Source: a virus
Virus record (IMG/VR): IMGVR_UViG_3300009130_000005
Coordinates: 1 to 64,000 of that record
Strand: one strand, 5' to 3'
DNA length: 64,000 nucleotides
This document shows positions 40,472 to 49,903 of the stretch, one piece after another; the first letter of the stretch is position 1, and the number at the start of each line of letters is the position of its first letter. The position numbers and the translations under genes were made by a program. The notes below the pieces were generated by a model. It was not told the DNA's origin. It was given only the letters and a program-made list of their open reading frames with translations, and searched no databases.

Positions 40472-41008
40472 ATGAATTTACTAGAGAAAACAAAAACTTA
40501 CCTCGTAGGACATATGCAATATGTTAGCGGAAGAAATTGGAGGGAAGAAGTTACTGATCAATTAAAGCCTCTAAGCATTACTTGTTTTGATCCTTACAAA
40601 AAACCATTCATGAAAGATGTCGAAGAAGACGAAGCATCTAGACAAGAAATGGAGACTTGGATGAAGACAAAGCAGTACGACAGAGTGACAGAAAGAATGA
40701 AGACAGTTAGGGCATATGATCTAAACTTGGTAGATAGAAGCGACTTTATTGTTGCGCACCTTGTGCCTGATGTAGCCTCTTGGGGTAGCGCAGAGGAAAT
40801 TGTCACGGCAGTGAGAATGAAGAAGCCTGTGTTTGTCAGTATGGAAGGTGGAAAATCAAAGACTCCACTATGGATGCTAGGAATGTTTCCTCATAAATAT
40901 ATTTATAATAGTCTTGACGAAATCATCGAAATGTTGTATGCTATAGACAGTGGAAATAAACCGATAGACTCCGATAGATGGAGGCTTCTTAGAAAAGAAT
41001 TTAGATAA
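40472..41008 (+). CDS. Nucleoside 2-deoxyribosyltransferase-like protein
   Basis: YLVGHM, WREEV, FDP, DLNLVDRSD, GSAEE, KKPV. Confidence 0.65.
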   Translation: MNLLEKTKTYLVGHMQYVSGRNWREEVTDQLKPLSITCFDPYKKPFMKDVEEDEASRQEMETWMKTKQYDRVTERMKTVRAYDLNLVDRSDFIVAHLVPDVASWGSAEEIVTAVRMKKPVFVSMEGGKSKTPLWMLGMFPHKYIYNSLDEIIEMLYAIDSGNKPIDSDRWRLLRKEFR

Positions 41009-41029
41009 ACAATAATATTATAGAATAAA

Positions 41030-41101
41030 ATGCTAATTGAACTAATATCAATTTTAATCTTAAGTTACTTATTATATCAACGATGGGAGTACGGTAGTTA
41101 A
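41030..41101 (+). CDS. 23-aa membrane peptide
   Basis: MLIELISILILSYLLYQRWEYGS fills the intergenic gap. Confidence 0.4.
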   Translation: MLIELISILILSYLLYQRWEYGS

Positions 41102-41103
41102 TT

Positions 41104-41460
41104 ATGAAAAATCAAGGAATTCCAAAAGGACAAAAAGTTACAATGGGCGAGAGCATTCCCGCCCCTCAGCTAGGGAGCTCTTTCAAGGCTCCATCAATGC
41201 AATATATTCAAGCGATATATAATCAGTTCGCGGGGGCCAGAGAAGAAGCTCTAGCAGACCTAACTGTTTATTTACAAAACCCTGTTGGCGTGGGAGAGCA
41301 TCCACATATCGGTGAAGAAATTAAAAACCTAGTGAAAAGGGTGGATGAATACGATTCTCTTGTAGAATGTATGGAAAAGCATTTTGTACAAGGAAAAGCT
41401 ACAGATGCTAACCAGCAAAATAACACTGAAGACACGAACACTCCAAGCGAAGCGCCTTAA
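41104..41460 (+). CDS. Hypothetical phage protein
   Basis: YLQNPVGVGEHP motif resembles small phage proteins. Confidence 0.7.
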   Translation: MKNQGIPKGQKVTMGESIPAPQLGSSFKAPSMQYIQAIYNQFAGAREEALADLTVYLQNPVGVGEHPHIGEEIKNLVKRVDEYDSLVECMEKHFVQGKATDANQQNNTEDTNTPSEAP

Positions 41461-41630
41461 TGAACGGAAAAACAGCAAAGGCATTAAGAAATTTATTCAA
41501 TCCCAAAGAGGGAGATGAAGTTAGCAAAAAAGCTTACAGAGTAGCGAAGAGAAATTACCAAAAACTTAATCAGGAACAAAGACGAGAATTTATTAAAAAT
41601 TTAGAAACAGTACAAAATTCAAACAAATAA
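41460..41630 (+). CDS. Small basic hypothetical protein
   Basis: MNGKTAKALR..., TAATG coupling; below the ORF-track cutoff. Confidence 0.6.
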   Translation: MNGKTAKALRNLFNPKEGDEVSKKAYRVAKRNYQKLNQEQRREFIKNLETVQNSNK

Positions 41631-41635
41631 AAAAT

Positions 41636-41935
41636 ATGAGCGATACAAATACATCGGATAATGAGTGGAAAGAACGTGAGCTTGGCGCCCTTTGGCGCAG
41701 AAGCGGAAAGAACCAGAAGTACCTTTCTGGTTATATTAAGCTTGGAGACGAGCTAGAAGAGAGGGAAGTTAGACTTATTGTCTTTACCAATAAGTACAAG
41801 AGTGAGAATGAAAAGGCTCCAGATTTTGTTATCTACGAGTCAACTCCAATGGAACAGCCTGCGAAGACTACTTCCTCGGCAAAATCGGAGACGACTGAAG
41901 AGGAGGACGAAGAGCTCGCAGAACTCCTCAAGTAG
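41636..41935 (+). CDS. DUF736-like small protein with acidic tail (possible SSB)
   Basis: LGALW, YLSG, KAPDF; tail TTEEEDEELAELLK. Confidence 0.55.
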   Translation: MSDTNTSDNEWKERELGALWRRSGKNQKYLSGYIKLGDELEEREVRLIVFTNKYKSENEKAPDFVIYESTPMEQPAKTTSSAKSETTEEEDEELAELLK

Positions 41936-41996
41936 GATGTCACAAATTAAATTTTGTTGTGTAACTTAAATCAACAACCTTTAATTTATAAATATT

Positions 41997-42347
41997 ATGG
42001 CAATTGACGTAAATCCAACAGGAGTATTTAACGACTACGAGTACACATTAGACGCAAGCTCTGGGCTTCCAGCATCAGAAGGAATTTTTATTCCTCTGGC
42101 GGATATTCCAGAATTTGAAACGGCTGAAGCTAACGAAGCTCTTGGAACAGCTGATTACAGAAAGCTGCTCTGGGGCATGCTTGATGCAACCTACGATCAT
42201 ATTGATGCGCTGGACGATGATGATCAGCCCACCAAATTGACGATCTCAAGAGGAAGTTTGTCTTTTATTGACGACAATACAGCTCAAAGAAGTTATACTC
42301 TTACTTTTAAGTACGACGTACCTGCGATTGAAGTAGACGACGAGTAA
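41997..42347 (+). CDS. Acidic hypothetical protein, paralog of 56710..57096
   Basis: NPTG, IPLAD, ADYRKLL, PTKLTIS shared. Confidence 0.75.
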   Translation: MAIDVNPTGVFNDYEYTLDASSGLPASEGIFIPLADIPEFETAEANEALGTADYRKLLWGMLDATYDHIDALDDDDQPTKLTISRGSLSFIDDNTAQRSYTLTFKYDVPAIEVDDE

Positions 42348-42354
42348 TCTAGTC

Positions 42355-42723
42355 ATGGAGGTAGAGTACGGCTTAGTGACGAGTTCCGCTCTTCCTGACA
42401 AGATTAGGGATAGCGAAAACTTTCTTGAAGTAGATGCTTCTCAGTGGTTTGACTTGGTTGAGTATTCAAAAAAGCTAGAACCTCTAAAGGAGAGTGAAAA
42501 GGTTATGGTTCTTTGCGTGGCGCACGGAACACCTGAACAAGAAGCAAGAGAAAGAGAAAGGGAGAAGGCTGAGGCAGAAAAACTTGCTCGGTTAGAAGCT
42601 AAGGAACAAGAAGAAGAAAGAGAAAGGTTGATTAGCGAAGAGATGAAAGAAAAAGAAAATAGGGAAAAGGCTCGATTAAGAGCGAGATCTAGGGAAATAA
42701 TGAACGCTTTATATGGTAGATAG
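42355..42723 (+). CDS. Hypothetical protein with charged coiled coil
   Basis: ORF in operon. Confidence 0.65.
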   Translation: MEVEYGLVTSSALPDKIRDSENFLEVDASQWFDLVEYSKKLEPLKESEKVMVLCVAHGTPEQEAREREREKAEAEKLARLEAKEQEEERERLISEEMKEKENREKARLRARSREIMNALYGR

Positions 42724-42726
42724 AAA

Positions 42727-43029
42727 ATGAACAAAGACATAGAGGTAAGGGCCGATTTTATTAGGGAAGAATGCGGCAAAAGAGGGGTAAAACTCATGAT
42801 GGATGAATGGCATGATCCTGTATCATTTATTTCATTAACGAATGAACGCGGAGACATGGCATCGGTTTCGACCAAAGGTGCTGTTTTTGAGAAAGTTTCC
42901 TACGTTCCACAGTGGACTCCTGAAATTGAAAACTGGGCAAGACAAGAAGGCTTTTCTGAGGAAAGAATTAAAGCCCAGAATTTAATCCAGAACGTATCCC
43001 TCAAAGAGGCTGTAGAGTTACTATCATGA
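42727..43029 (+). CDS. Hypothetical protein
   Basis: ORF in operon. Confidence 0.65.
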   Translation: MNKDIEVRADFIREECGKRGVKLMMDEWHDPVSFISLTNERGDMASVSTKGAVFEKVSYVPQWTPEIENWARQEGFSEERIKAQNLIQNVSLKEAVELLS

Positions 43030-43232
43030 TCTCAAAAGATAAAACAGTTACGTTTTATAAGTGGAGTAGGAATAATTCCGAGACTTACAATGTACTAGGA
43101 GAAAGAGCGGGAGAGAAAGGAGCTTTAATTTTTTCAGTATACAAGGGTAAAGAAAAGATTGAAGATCAAAATGGTGAACTGGCAATGGAATTTGTTAAAG
43201 AGTTAGCAAAGTCCATTAAGCAATTTAATTAG
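43026..43232 (+). CDS. Hypothetical protein
   Basis: ATGA coupling. Confidence 0.6.
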   Translation: MISKDKTVTFYKWSRNNSETYNVLGERAGEKGALIFSVYKGKEKIEDQNGELAMEFVKELAKSIKQFN

Positions 43233-43240
43233 GAAAAAAA

Positions 43241-44239
43241 ATGGGAAAACTATTGACTTACGATGACGTGTGCCTAGTGCCTAGGTTTTCGGAGTGTGCT
43301 TCAAGAAGCGAGTGCGATGCTTCTACAGAATTTCTTGGCTTCAGGTTTAAACTTCCAGTCATGGCTGCAAACATGAAAGCGGTCATCGACGAAGATTGGG
43401 CAAGGTTCTTTTCTGAAAATGGATATATGTACTCAATGCATAGGTTTGACATTGATATACAAAAATTCATAGAAAATTGCAACCGAGATAATTTTAAACT
43501 AATATCAGCGTCTTTCGGAGTAAAAGACAACGACAAGAGAATCATAGACAACCTTAGGTCTTCTGGCGCGAGGCTTGATATAGCTACCCTAGATATCGCC
43601 CATGGTCACTCACAATCAATGAAGGAAATGCTTAAGTATTTTAAGAAACACTTGCCGAATACAAAGCTAATTGCTGGCAATGTAGCGACGACTGAAGCAG
43701 TAAGAGACCTATACAAATGGGGAGCAGATGCAGTTAAGGTTGGAATCGGTCAAGGAAGCCCATGTACCACAAAAAATAAAACTGGATTTACTATGCCAAT
43801 GTTTTCTTGTGTCAGAAAATGTTCAGGTATGAGTGGTGGAGATACAATTTTTGATGACTGCGGAAGCAATATAGAAGACCACGAAGACATTCCAATCGTA
43901 GCAGATGGAGGGGTCAGATATAATGGAGACATTGCTAAAGCTCTTGTTGCTGGGGCAGATTTCGTAATGGCAGGAGGAATTTTTGCAGCTTGCGCAGATA
44001 GCCCAGCAAAGGAAGTTGAAGTGGATGGAGTTTGGCATAAAGCTTATTTTGGTTCAGCTTCTTTTGAAAACAAAAAAATCAAAAGAAACATTGAAGGAAG
44101 ACTTAGAAAGCTTTCTCAAAATGGTATGTCCCTCAAAGAAAAGCTTGAGGAGATTAAGCAAGATTTACAAAGTGCAGTATCCTATGGGGGAGGAAAAACC
44201 CTTCAAGCATTAAACAGTGTTGACTACGAGATTGTTTAA
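43241..44239 (+). CDS. guaC: GMP reductase
   Basis: AANM, DIAHGHS, AGNV, KVGIGQGSPCTT, ADGG, YFGSAS; no CBS domains. Confidence 0.85.
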   Translation: MGKLLTYDDVCLVPRFSECASRSECDASTEFLGFRFKLPVMAANMKAVIDEDWARFFSENGYMYSMHRFDIDIQKFIENCNRDNFKLISASFGVKDNDKRIIDNLRSSGARLDIATLDIAHGHSQSMKEMLKYFKKHLPNTKLIAGNVATTEAVRDLYKWGADAVKVGIGQGSPCTTKNKTGFTMPMFSCVRKCSGMSGGDTIFDDCGSNIEDHEDIPIVADGGVRYNGDIAKALVAGADFVMAGGIFAACADSPAKEVEVDGVWHKAYFGSASFENKKIKRNIEGRLRKLSQNGMSLKEKLEEIKQDLQSAVSYGGGKTLQALNSVDYEIV

Positions 44240-44252
44240 CCTTTTATAATTT

Positions 44253-45167
44253 ATGAAAAAAGCTGTAGTAACAGGTGGTGCAGGATTCATAGGAAGCAAT
44301 TTAAGTAAAGAATTGTTAGACCAAGATTGGCAGGTAAACATTATAGACAATTTTGAGGCAGGAAAAATGTCCAATGTTCCGCTTGGAGCAAAAATTTACC
44401 AAACAGATTTAAGATACGAAGAAAACGAAGAAACAATTCTATCTTGTCTCAAAGGTGCGGATTGCGTTTTCCATCTTGCAGCCCTACCAAGGGTACAACC
44501 ATCTATTGACCACCCAATTGAATACCATGACGCAAATGTTAATGCAACATTAAATATTTTAAACCTATCCAAAGAATCAGGTGTTAAAAAGTTTGTTTTT
44601 AGTTCAACTTCTGCTGTATATGGAGACACAAATCAATTCCCAACTTCAGAGAGTGCGAATATAGAACCTTTAAGTCCTTATGGTTTACATAAATTGGTGG
44701 GAGAAGAGTATTGTTCTTTATTCTCAAAGCTTTATGACATAAAAACAGTATGCCTAAGATACTTTAATGTGTTTGGCAATAATATGCCCCTAGAAGGCGC
44801 GTACACGCTTGTTATGGGCGTTTTCGCAGAACAAATGAGACAAGGTAAACCAATGACAATTAGAGGTGATGGAGAACAAAGGAGAGACTTTGTTCACGTC
44901 AAAGATGTTGCTAGAGCAAACATTCTCGCAGCAACTTCTAAAAAGGTCGGAAAGGGAGAGTGTATAAATATAGGTAGCGGGACAAATCGAAGCGTTAATG
45001 AGATTGCAGACTTAATGGGAAGTAATAAAGTTTTTGTTGATCCAGTTGTTGAACCCAGAATTACATTATGTGATAATTCCTTAGCTCAAAAGCTCTTAGA
45101 CTGGAGCCCAGAGTTTTCCGTAGAGGATTTTATGCCTTGGTGGCTCAAGGAATTAGGTTTGGCATAA
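44253..45167 (+). CDS. NAD-dependent nucleotide-sugar epimerase/dehydratase
   Basis: TGGAGFIG, HLAA, SPYGLHK, LRYFNVFG, RDFVHV. Confidence 0.92.
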   Translation: MKKAVVTGGAGFIGSNLSKELLDQDWQVNIIDNFEAGKMSNVPLGAKIYQTDLRYEENEETILSCLKGADCVFHLAALPRVQPSIDHPIEYHDANVNATLNILNLSKESGVKKFVFSSTSAVYGDTNQFPTSESANIEPLSPYGLHKLVGEEYCSLFSKLYDIKTVCLRYFNVFGNNMPLEGAYTLVMGVFAEQMRQGKPMTIRGDGEQRRDFVHVKDVARANILAATSKKVGKGECINIGSGTNRSVNEIADLMGSNKVFVDPVVEPRITLCDNSLAQKLLDWSPEFSVEDFMPWWLKELGLA

Positions 45168-45634
45168 TGGCAAATCTTAAAGATTTAGATTTAGCTTATT
45201 TAGACATGGCTTCTAGGTGGGCAGAACTATCAAAAGCTGTAAGAAAAAAGGTTGGATGCCTTATAGTTAAGGATGGAATGATTATTTCTGATGGTTACAA
45301 TGGAACCCCTAGCGGCTTTGATAATGTTTGTGAAACTAGCATTATGCCAGATTCTATAGCTCCAAAAGATTTAAACGATCACCCTGCAAACGCCTTAATA
45401 ACAAGGCCAGAAGTTCTTCATGCAGAAAGCAATGCAATCACAAAACTTGCAAAATCAACTCAGTCCAGTAACGGAGCAACAATGTATATAACAATATCTC
45501 CTTGTATGGATTGTGCAAAGCTAATAATACAATCGGGAATATCAAGGGTTGTTTACGGTAAATTTTACAAAAATGACAGTGGAATTAAATTATTAAAACA
45601 AGCCAACATAGAAATAATTAATTATGAAAATTAA
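45167..45634 (+). CDS. dCMP deaminase
   Basis: GYNGTPSG, HAESNAI, SPCMDC. Confidence 0.92.
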   Translation: MANLKDLDLAYLDMASRWAELSKAVRKKVGCLIVKDGMIISDGYNGTPSGFDNVCETSIMPDSIAPKDLNDHPANALITRPEVLHAESNAITKLAKSTQSSNGATMYITISPCMDCAKLIIQSGISRVVYGKFYKNDSGIKLLKQANIEIINYEN

Positions 45635-46055
45635 ATTCAAAAAACTTCACCCTAAGGCGAGAACCCCAGAGCAAGCGCATGAGCATGATGCAGGCTTTGA
45701 CCTTTATGCTTGTAGCATGGACTGGTCAGTTAACGAGGCTAGCGGTCTTTATACTGAGTACGGAACAGGTTTAGCTTTTGAGATTCCAAAAGGTTATGCA
45801 GGCTTTTTATTACCTAGGTCAAGCATATCAAAAACACATCACATGCTAAAGAACTCTGTTGGCTTAATAGACTCTGGGTACAGGGGAGAGGTAAAATTTA
45901 GATTCTCTCCAGATTCAACTAGAAACGCATATGTTGCAGGAGATAAGATTGGCCAAATAGTTTTCTTGAAGCTGCCAGCAGTTCAACTAGAAGAGTCAGA
46001 AGAACTTTCTAATTCTCTTAGGGGAGATGGTGGCTTTGGTTCAACAGGCAAATAA
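45624..46055 (+). CDS. dut: dUTPase
   Basis: AGFDL, PRSS, GLIDSGYRGE, RGDGGFGSTG. Confidence 0.95.
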   Translation: MKIKFKKLHPKARTPEQAHEHDAGFDLYACSMDWSVNEASGLYTEYGTGLAFEIPKGYAGFLLPRSSISKTHHMLKNSVGLIDSGYRGEVKFRFSPDSTRNAYVAGDKIGQIVFLKLPAVQLEESEELSNSLRGDGGFGSTGK

Positions 46056-46071
46056 TTTTTAAAATTTTTCC

Positions 46072-46100
46072 TTGACCATTTATATAATATATGGTATTAT
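46072..46100 (+). promoter_or_regulatory. sigma70 promoter
   Basis: TTGACC-17 nt-TATTAT, preceded by TGG. Confidence 0.65.
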
Positions 46101-46109
46101 TATTCCATA

Positions 46110-46292
46110 ATGAAAAACCAAACTTTAAACAAAGATGGATCTGTCAGGAAACAAGGAAGCGGCAGAACAAAAGGTTCCACTTCTTTTACGACAGTAACTC
46201 TTGGAGAACTCAAACCATTCATCGGAGACAGAACACCTATTGTCGTTAGTAGAGTTTGGCTCCAAAAAATTGGATTTATTAAAAATGTATAG
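46110..46292 (+). CDS. Small basic hypothetical protein
   Basis: GRTKGSTSF; directly after the promoter. Confidence 0.65.
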   Translation: MKNQTLNKDGSVRKQGSGRTKGSTSFTTVTLGELKPFIGDRTPIVVSRVWLQKIGFIKNV

Positions 46293-46821
46293 AAACAAAT
46301 TCGACAAGGACGGAAAGTGTTCGAGGGAAGGTCATTCAGCAGAAGATCTTTTTGAAGAACTGGCAAAAACAAAAGGTTATCTCACAAGAAGGGCAACGAG
46401 AGAAGAAAACATGCACAAACATATTGACATGTTCCTCGAAGGCAGAGACTCCAAAAGCAAAAAGTCCACAGAGGTTTCTGTGGACATAAAAGCCAGAAAA
46501 AGAACATCTCGCAGGGATAAAAAGTTTAATGATGAATGGATTTGGGTAGAACTCAAAAATGTCCAAGGAAGAAAGGGTTGGATTTACGGAGATGCCAACT
46601 TCATAGTCTTCGAAAGAGAAAAAGATTTTGTAGTAGCCTCAAGGCGAAGCATTATTGAATTAATCGAATCAAAAGTTAGGTTTGATTTAGGCTTTGTTGA
46701 TAGGGCTTATCAAGCAAAATATCAAGTCTACCAAAGAAGGGGGCGTAGAGACCAGATTACACAAGTAAAAATGTCAGATATATTAAAACTAAAAAATGTT
46801 TCAAAATGGAACAAAAACTAA
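46285..46821 (+). CDS. PD-(D/E)xK-like nuclease / phage protein
   Basis: AE...HIDMF...VDIKA, WVELKNVQGRKGW. Confidence 0.55.
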   Translation: MYRNKFDKDGKCSREGHSAEDLFEELAKTKGYLTRRATREENMHKHIDMFLEGRDSKSKKSTEVSVDIKARKRTSRRDKKFNDEWIWVELKNVQGRKGWIYGDANFIVFEREKDFVVASRRSIIELIESKVRFDLGFVDRAYQAKYQVYQRRGRRDQITQVKMSDILKLKNVSKWNKN

Positions 46822-46822
46822 A

Positions 46823-47014
46823 ATGAGTCTAAATAATAAAATGATGTATGTAGTAACAAGAGGAGGCAGAAGAGTAGAGCCCAATAATTACGACAACGAA
46901 GAAGATGCTCAAGTCAGAGCTTCCAAATTGGTTGAAATGCTCAAGAAGTGTTCGCCACGCTGTGCTGGAAAGGTTGGAATCGTTAAAACAAAAAACCCTA
47001 ATACAATTACATGA
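46823..47014 (+). CDS. Hypothetical protein
   Basis: ORF in operon. Confidence 0.6.
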   Translation: MSLNNKMMYVVTRGGRRVEPNNYDNEEDAQVRASKLVEMLKKCSPRCAGKVGIVKTKNPNTIT

Positions 47015-47205
47015 AAACAGGAATGATAGACTATATACTTAACAAGTTCTGCCCACTTCTTATTGTTGCAGTGCTATGTTTTTTAAAAATGGGCGCAAAT
47101 ACCTTTGAGCCATATATTATACTAGGTTTAATGCTTTATGCTTCTTACTTTAATTATAAAGTCGGATACGCAATGGGCATTTGCGAGAGCAGAGGATTGA
47201 TTTGA
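47011..47205 (+). CDS. Small membrane protein
   Basis: Two hydrophobic segments. Confidence 0.6.
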   Translation: MKTGMIDYILNKFCPLLIVAVLCFLKMGANTFEPYIILGLMLYASYFNYKVGYAMGICESRGLI

Positions 47206-47206
47206 A

Positions 47207-47347
47207 ATGAAAGGTAAATACTATTCCCCAGACCCTTCTAAAGAAGTAAAACTTCTCTCAGATAAGGTAGAGTACCTTGAGAAAAAAATAAGGTCAAAAC
47301 TAGATTATCTACTCAAAGAAATTCAAAAACTCAGGGATAAAAAATAA
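47207..47347 (+). CDS. Small coiled-coil hypothetical protein
   Basis: MKGKYYSPDP..., fills the gap. Confidence 0.5.
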   Translation: MKGKYYSPDPSKEVKLLSDKVEYLEKKIRSKLDYLLKEIQKLRDKK

Positions 47348-47706
47348 GCCCAACAACAATATCTTTAATTATTGCAGTCATTGTTTTAGTTGCATTGGCG
47401 ATAAACCTTAATGTCAGACTAAAAAAACTTACAGAAAAACAAAAGAAAGATCTGTCTCAAAGAAAAAGCAGAGAAGTTTTATTTGGACAGTCTGCAGAAA
47501 AAATTGCCCCTTTTCTAGATGAGTTTGGATTTGACCCAAGAGACTCTCAGTTCTTAGGCCAACCAATTGATTATGTAGTTTTCGACGAAGAAGAAGTTTG
47601 TTTTGTTGAAATAAAAACTGGCCAAGCTCGACTAACTACAAAACAAAGAAGAATAAAAAAACTCATAGAAAACAAGAAAGTTTCTTGGAAAGAATTAAGG
47701 ATATGA
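47344..47706 (+). CDS. Holliday-junction-resolvase-like endonuclease (Endonuc_Holl) with N-terminal TM helix; start uncertain
   Basis: GQSAEKIAPF, FLGQPIDYVVF, FVEIKTG, QRRIK; frame open from 47341. Confidence 0.75.
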   Translation: MSPTTISLIIAVIVLVALAINLNVRLKKLTEKQKKDLSQRKSREVLFGQSAEKIAPFLDEFGFDPRDSQFLGQPIDYVVFDEEEVCFVEIKTGQARLTTKQRRIKKLIENKKVSWKELRI

Positions 47707-48290
47707 TTAGTCATGAGCGCAAGTGCATATTTATACATATCCCCAGATGCGGAGGAAGCTCCATGGAACTTGCTCTCGAGGGAAAATCTGCATTTAATCG
47801 CAAAGAAAAGCATCTTATAGCAACAACAGCAAAAAGAATATACAAAGATTATTGGGATGATTATTTTAAATTCTCTTTTATAAGAGACCCTTGGGATAGG
47901 ACAGTTTCATTGTCAAGATGGCCATGGTTTTATGGGTGCAGAGTTAGAAAAGGAAAACTATTAATAAAAGGTTTAAAAAACCTAATAATAGACCCAAGAT
48001 CCAAGAGCAGATTTGACAGAAAAAAACTAAAATTTAAAAAAAACGCAGTCTATTTAAATATCCTTAACGAAGAAATTGACTTTATAGGTAGGTTTGAAAA
48101 TCTACAAGAAGACTGGTTGTACGTCTGCAAGCAAATAGGCTTAGAGCAAAAACCTTTAGGTAATATAAAAAAGTACAAAACCAAATTGAAATATCCACAC
48201 AGGAGCTACTATACTACAGAAACAAAAAATATTGTACAACAAATACACCAAGAAGATATAAATTATTTTAATTATAAATTTGAATATTAA
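47703..48290 (+). CDS. Sulfotransferase
   Basis: FIHIPRCGGSS, RDPWDRTVS, IGRFE. Confidence 0.87.
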   Translation: MISHERKCIFIHIPRCGGSSMELALEGKSAFNRKEKHLIATTAKRIYKDYWDDYFKFSFIRDPWDRTVSLSRWPWFYGCRVRKGKLLIKGLKNLIIDPRSKSRFDRKKLKFKKNAVYLNILNEEIDFIGRFENLQEDWLYVCKQIGLEQKPLGNIKKYKTKLKYPHRSYYTTETKNIVQQIHQEDINYFNYKFEY

Positions 48291-48316
48291 CTTTGCGCAG
48301 TGTACATAACATAGAT

Positions 48317-49036
48317 ATGGCTAAGAAAAAACGTCCAGCGTTTAATATACCACAGCTCAAACAGAATATTGTCGTAAATTCACTAAAGCTCGACGACAAG
48401 CAATTACATTTTCTAGAAAAGTCTTTATCAAAAAAGACTAAGATAATGTTTGTAAATGGGCCAGCAGGAACGAGCAAGACATACATGGCGGTTTACTCTG
48501 CTTTAAGGTTACTTTCATCTGAAGATGATTTAGATCTTGTTTATGTAAGAACCGTTATAGAAAGTGCCGATAAAGGACTAGGAGCATTGCCAGGAGACCT
48601 TGCAGAGAAATTTAATCCGTACATGATGCCCTTGATGGATAAGTTAGATGAAATGCTACCTCAAAATACATCACTAAAGCATGACTTGTTGGAAAAGGGT
48701 AGAATATCAGCTATGCCAATAAATTTTCTGAGAGGCGCGAGCTGGATTAACAAAGTTATTGTTGCAGATGAAGCGCAAAACTTCACCTTTAAAGAGCTAG
48801 TAACTTTAGTTACAAGAATAGGGGAAAACACAACCCTATTTATATGTGGAGACACAATGCAGAGTGACATAAATGGAAAGAGTGGCTTTGACACGATGTG
48901 TAATATATTCAACAATTACAAGAGCAGACAAAAGGGAATAGAGCATTTCCAATTTACAGAAGATGACATAAAGAGAAGCTCTATATTAAAATATATCATA
49001 TCTACAATTAACGAACACAATGAAAAGAACAGGTAG
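48317..49036 (+). CDS. phoH: PhoH-family ATPase
   Basis: GPAGTSKT, LGALPGDL, FLRG, DEAQN, GDTMQSD; start 12 nt after GTGTA. Confidence 0.92.
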   Translation: MAKKKRPAFNIPQLKQNIVVNSLKLDDKQLHFLEKSLSKKTKIMFVNGPAGTSKTYMAVYSALRLLSSEDDLDLVYVRTVIESADKGLGALPGDLAEKFNPYMMPLMDKLDEMLPQNTSLKHDLLEKGRISAMPINFLRGASWINKVIVADEAQNFTFKELVTLVTRIGENTTLFICGDTMQSDINGKSGFDTMCNIFNNYKSRQKGIEHFQFTEDDIKRSSILKYIISTINEHNEKNR

Positions 49037-49604
49037 ATATTCATCCATGCCAGATGGATACAGAAGCTCGGATTGGGGCAATAATCACTCGTGTATACCT
49101 GTAAATATGTCAAGATACGCTATAGAAAAATACATTTCGAACAACAAAAAAGGTTTTCTTGGCAAAATTAGCAATTCCTATTGGGACCACTGGGATGCAG
49201 CAGTTTGTGTTAAATTAAAATTTAAAGAATGCGAAGCATTAGCTTTTGCAAATTTAGAACCCTATAGATTTCAAAAATTAACCGATAAAGAAATGAGGAG
49301 CAAAAGTGTAGTCTCGGCAAAATATGCCTTTGCTGAAGCAGCCACTATTGCGATAGAAAGATTATGCTTAAAGGCATTAATCAAGCTTGAGGATGCAGAT
49401 AATATAGACATAACATGCTTCCACTTTAGAAGAATTGACTCAAAAGCAGATGGCTTGATTTTTTTTGGAAGCAATGAGGACGCTTCGATTATAATAAATC
49501 CAACGGCAGAAGAATTAGAAAGAGCGGAAGGATTTGAGAGTTACAATATAGAGTTTAACAAATATAAAGGTCAATCACGCAACGGAAAATATATTTATTC
49601 CTAA
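49020..49604 (+). CDS. Hypothetical protein
   Basis: 194-aa ORF. Confidence 0.6.
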   Translation: MKRTGRYSSMPDGYRSSDWGNNHSCIPVNMSRYAIEKYISNNKKGFLGKISNSYWDHWDAAVCVKLKFKECEALAFANLEPYRFQKLTDKEMRSKSVVSAKYAFAEAATIAIERLCLKALIKLEDADNIDITCFHFRRIDSKADGLIFFGSNEDASIIINPTAEELERAEGFESYNIEFNKYKGQSRNGKYIYS

Positions 49605-49613
49605 AAAAAAGAC

Positions 49614-49642
49614 TTGACTAAATCACATTTATCAGCTATAAT
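49614..49642 (+). promoter_or_regulatory. sigma70 promoter driving the orphan RNA
   Basis: TTGACT-17 nt-TATAAT, followed by boxA-like TGTTCTTTTTAAA. Confidence 0.75.
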
Positions 49643-49686
49643 ATAACTCATATTTCAAACTGTTCTTTTTAAATTTTATTGACTTT

Positions 49687-49896
49687 GGAAGTTCTCGACG
49701 GAGGCTTCCTGTGGGTGACCGAACAAGCCTGTCGTTAGCGGGCTAAGGTATGCAGATTCCCTGTGGTGGGGTAGCAGAGTCCAATCGGATGAGCTAAAGA
49801 CCATATACCGAGTCTAATCTGTGGTTCGAAGTAGGAAAACATTGAACTGATGTTAACGCCGAAAAGTTGGAGGTATTCAGTAGTCCTTCCCCACAC
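49687..49896 (+). ncRNA. Unassigned structured non-coding RNA (~210 nt)
   Basis: GC-rich island without a long ORF between promoter and terminator; multiple helices, long-range TGTGGG/CCCACA pairing, possible pseudoknot. Confidence 0.72.
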
Positions 49897-49903
49897 TTAT
49901 TTT

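Noticed and set aside
43241-44239. IMP dehydrogenase (guaB)
   Set aside because: AANM and YFGSAS motifs and the lack of CBS domains fit GMP reductase better
49687-49896. Orphan RNA as RNase P, SRP, 6S or group I/II intron
   Set aside because: No GAGGAAAGUCC RNase P core, no SRP domain IV, not a single long hairpin, no group II domain V, and it interrupts no gene; the TAGTCC resemblance to group I is too weak
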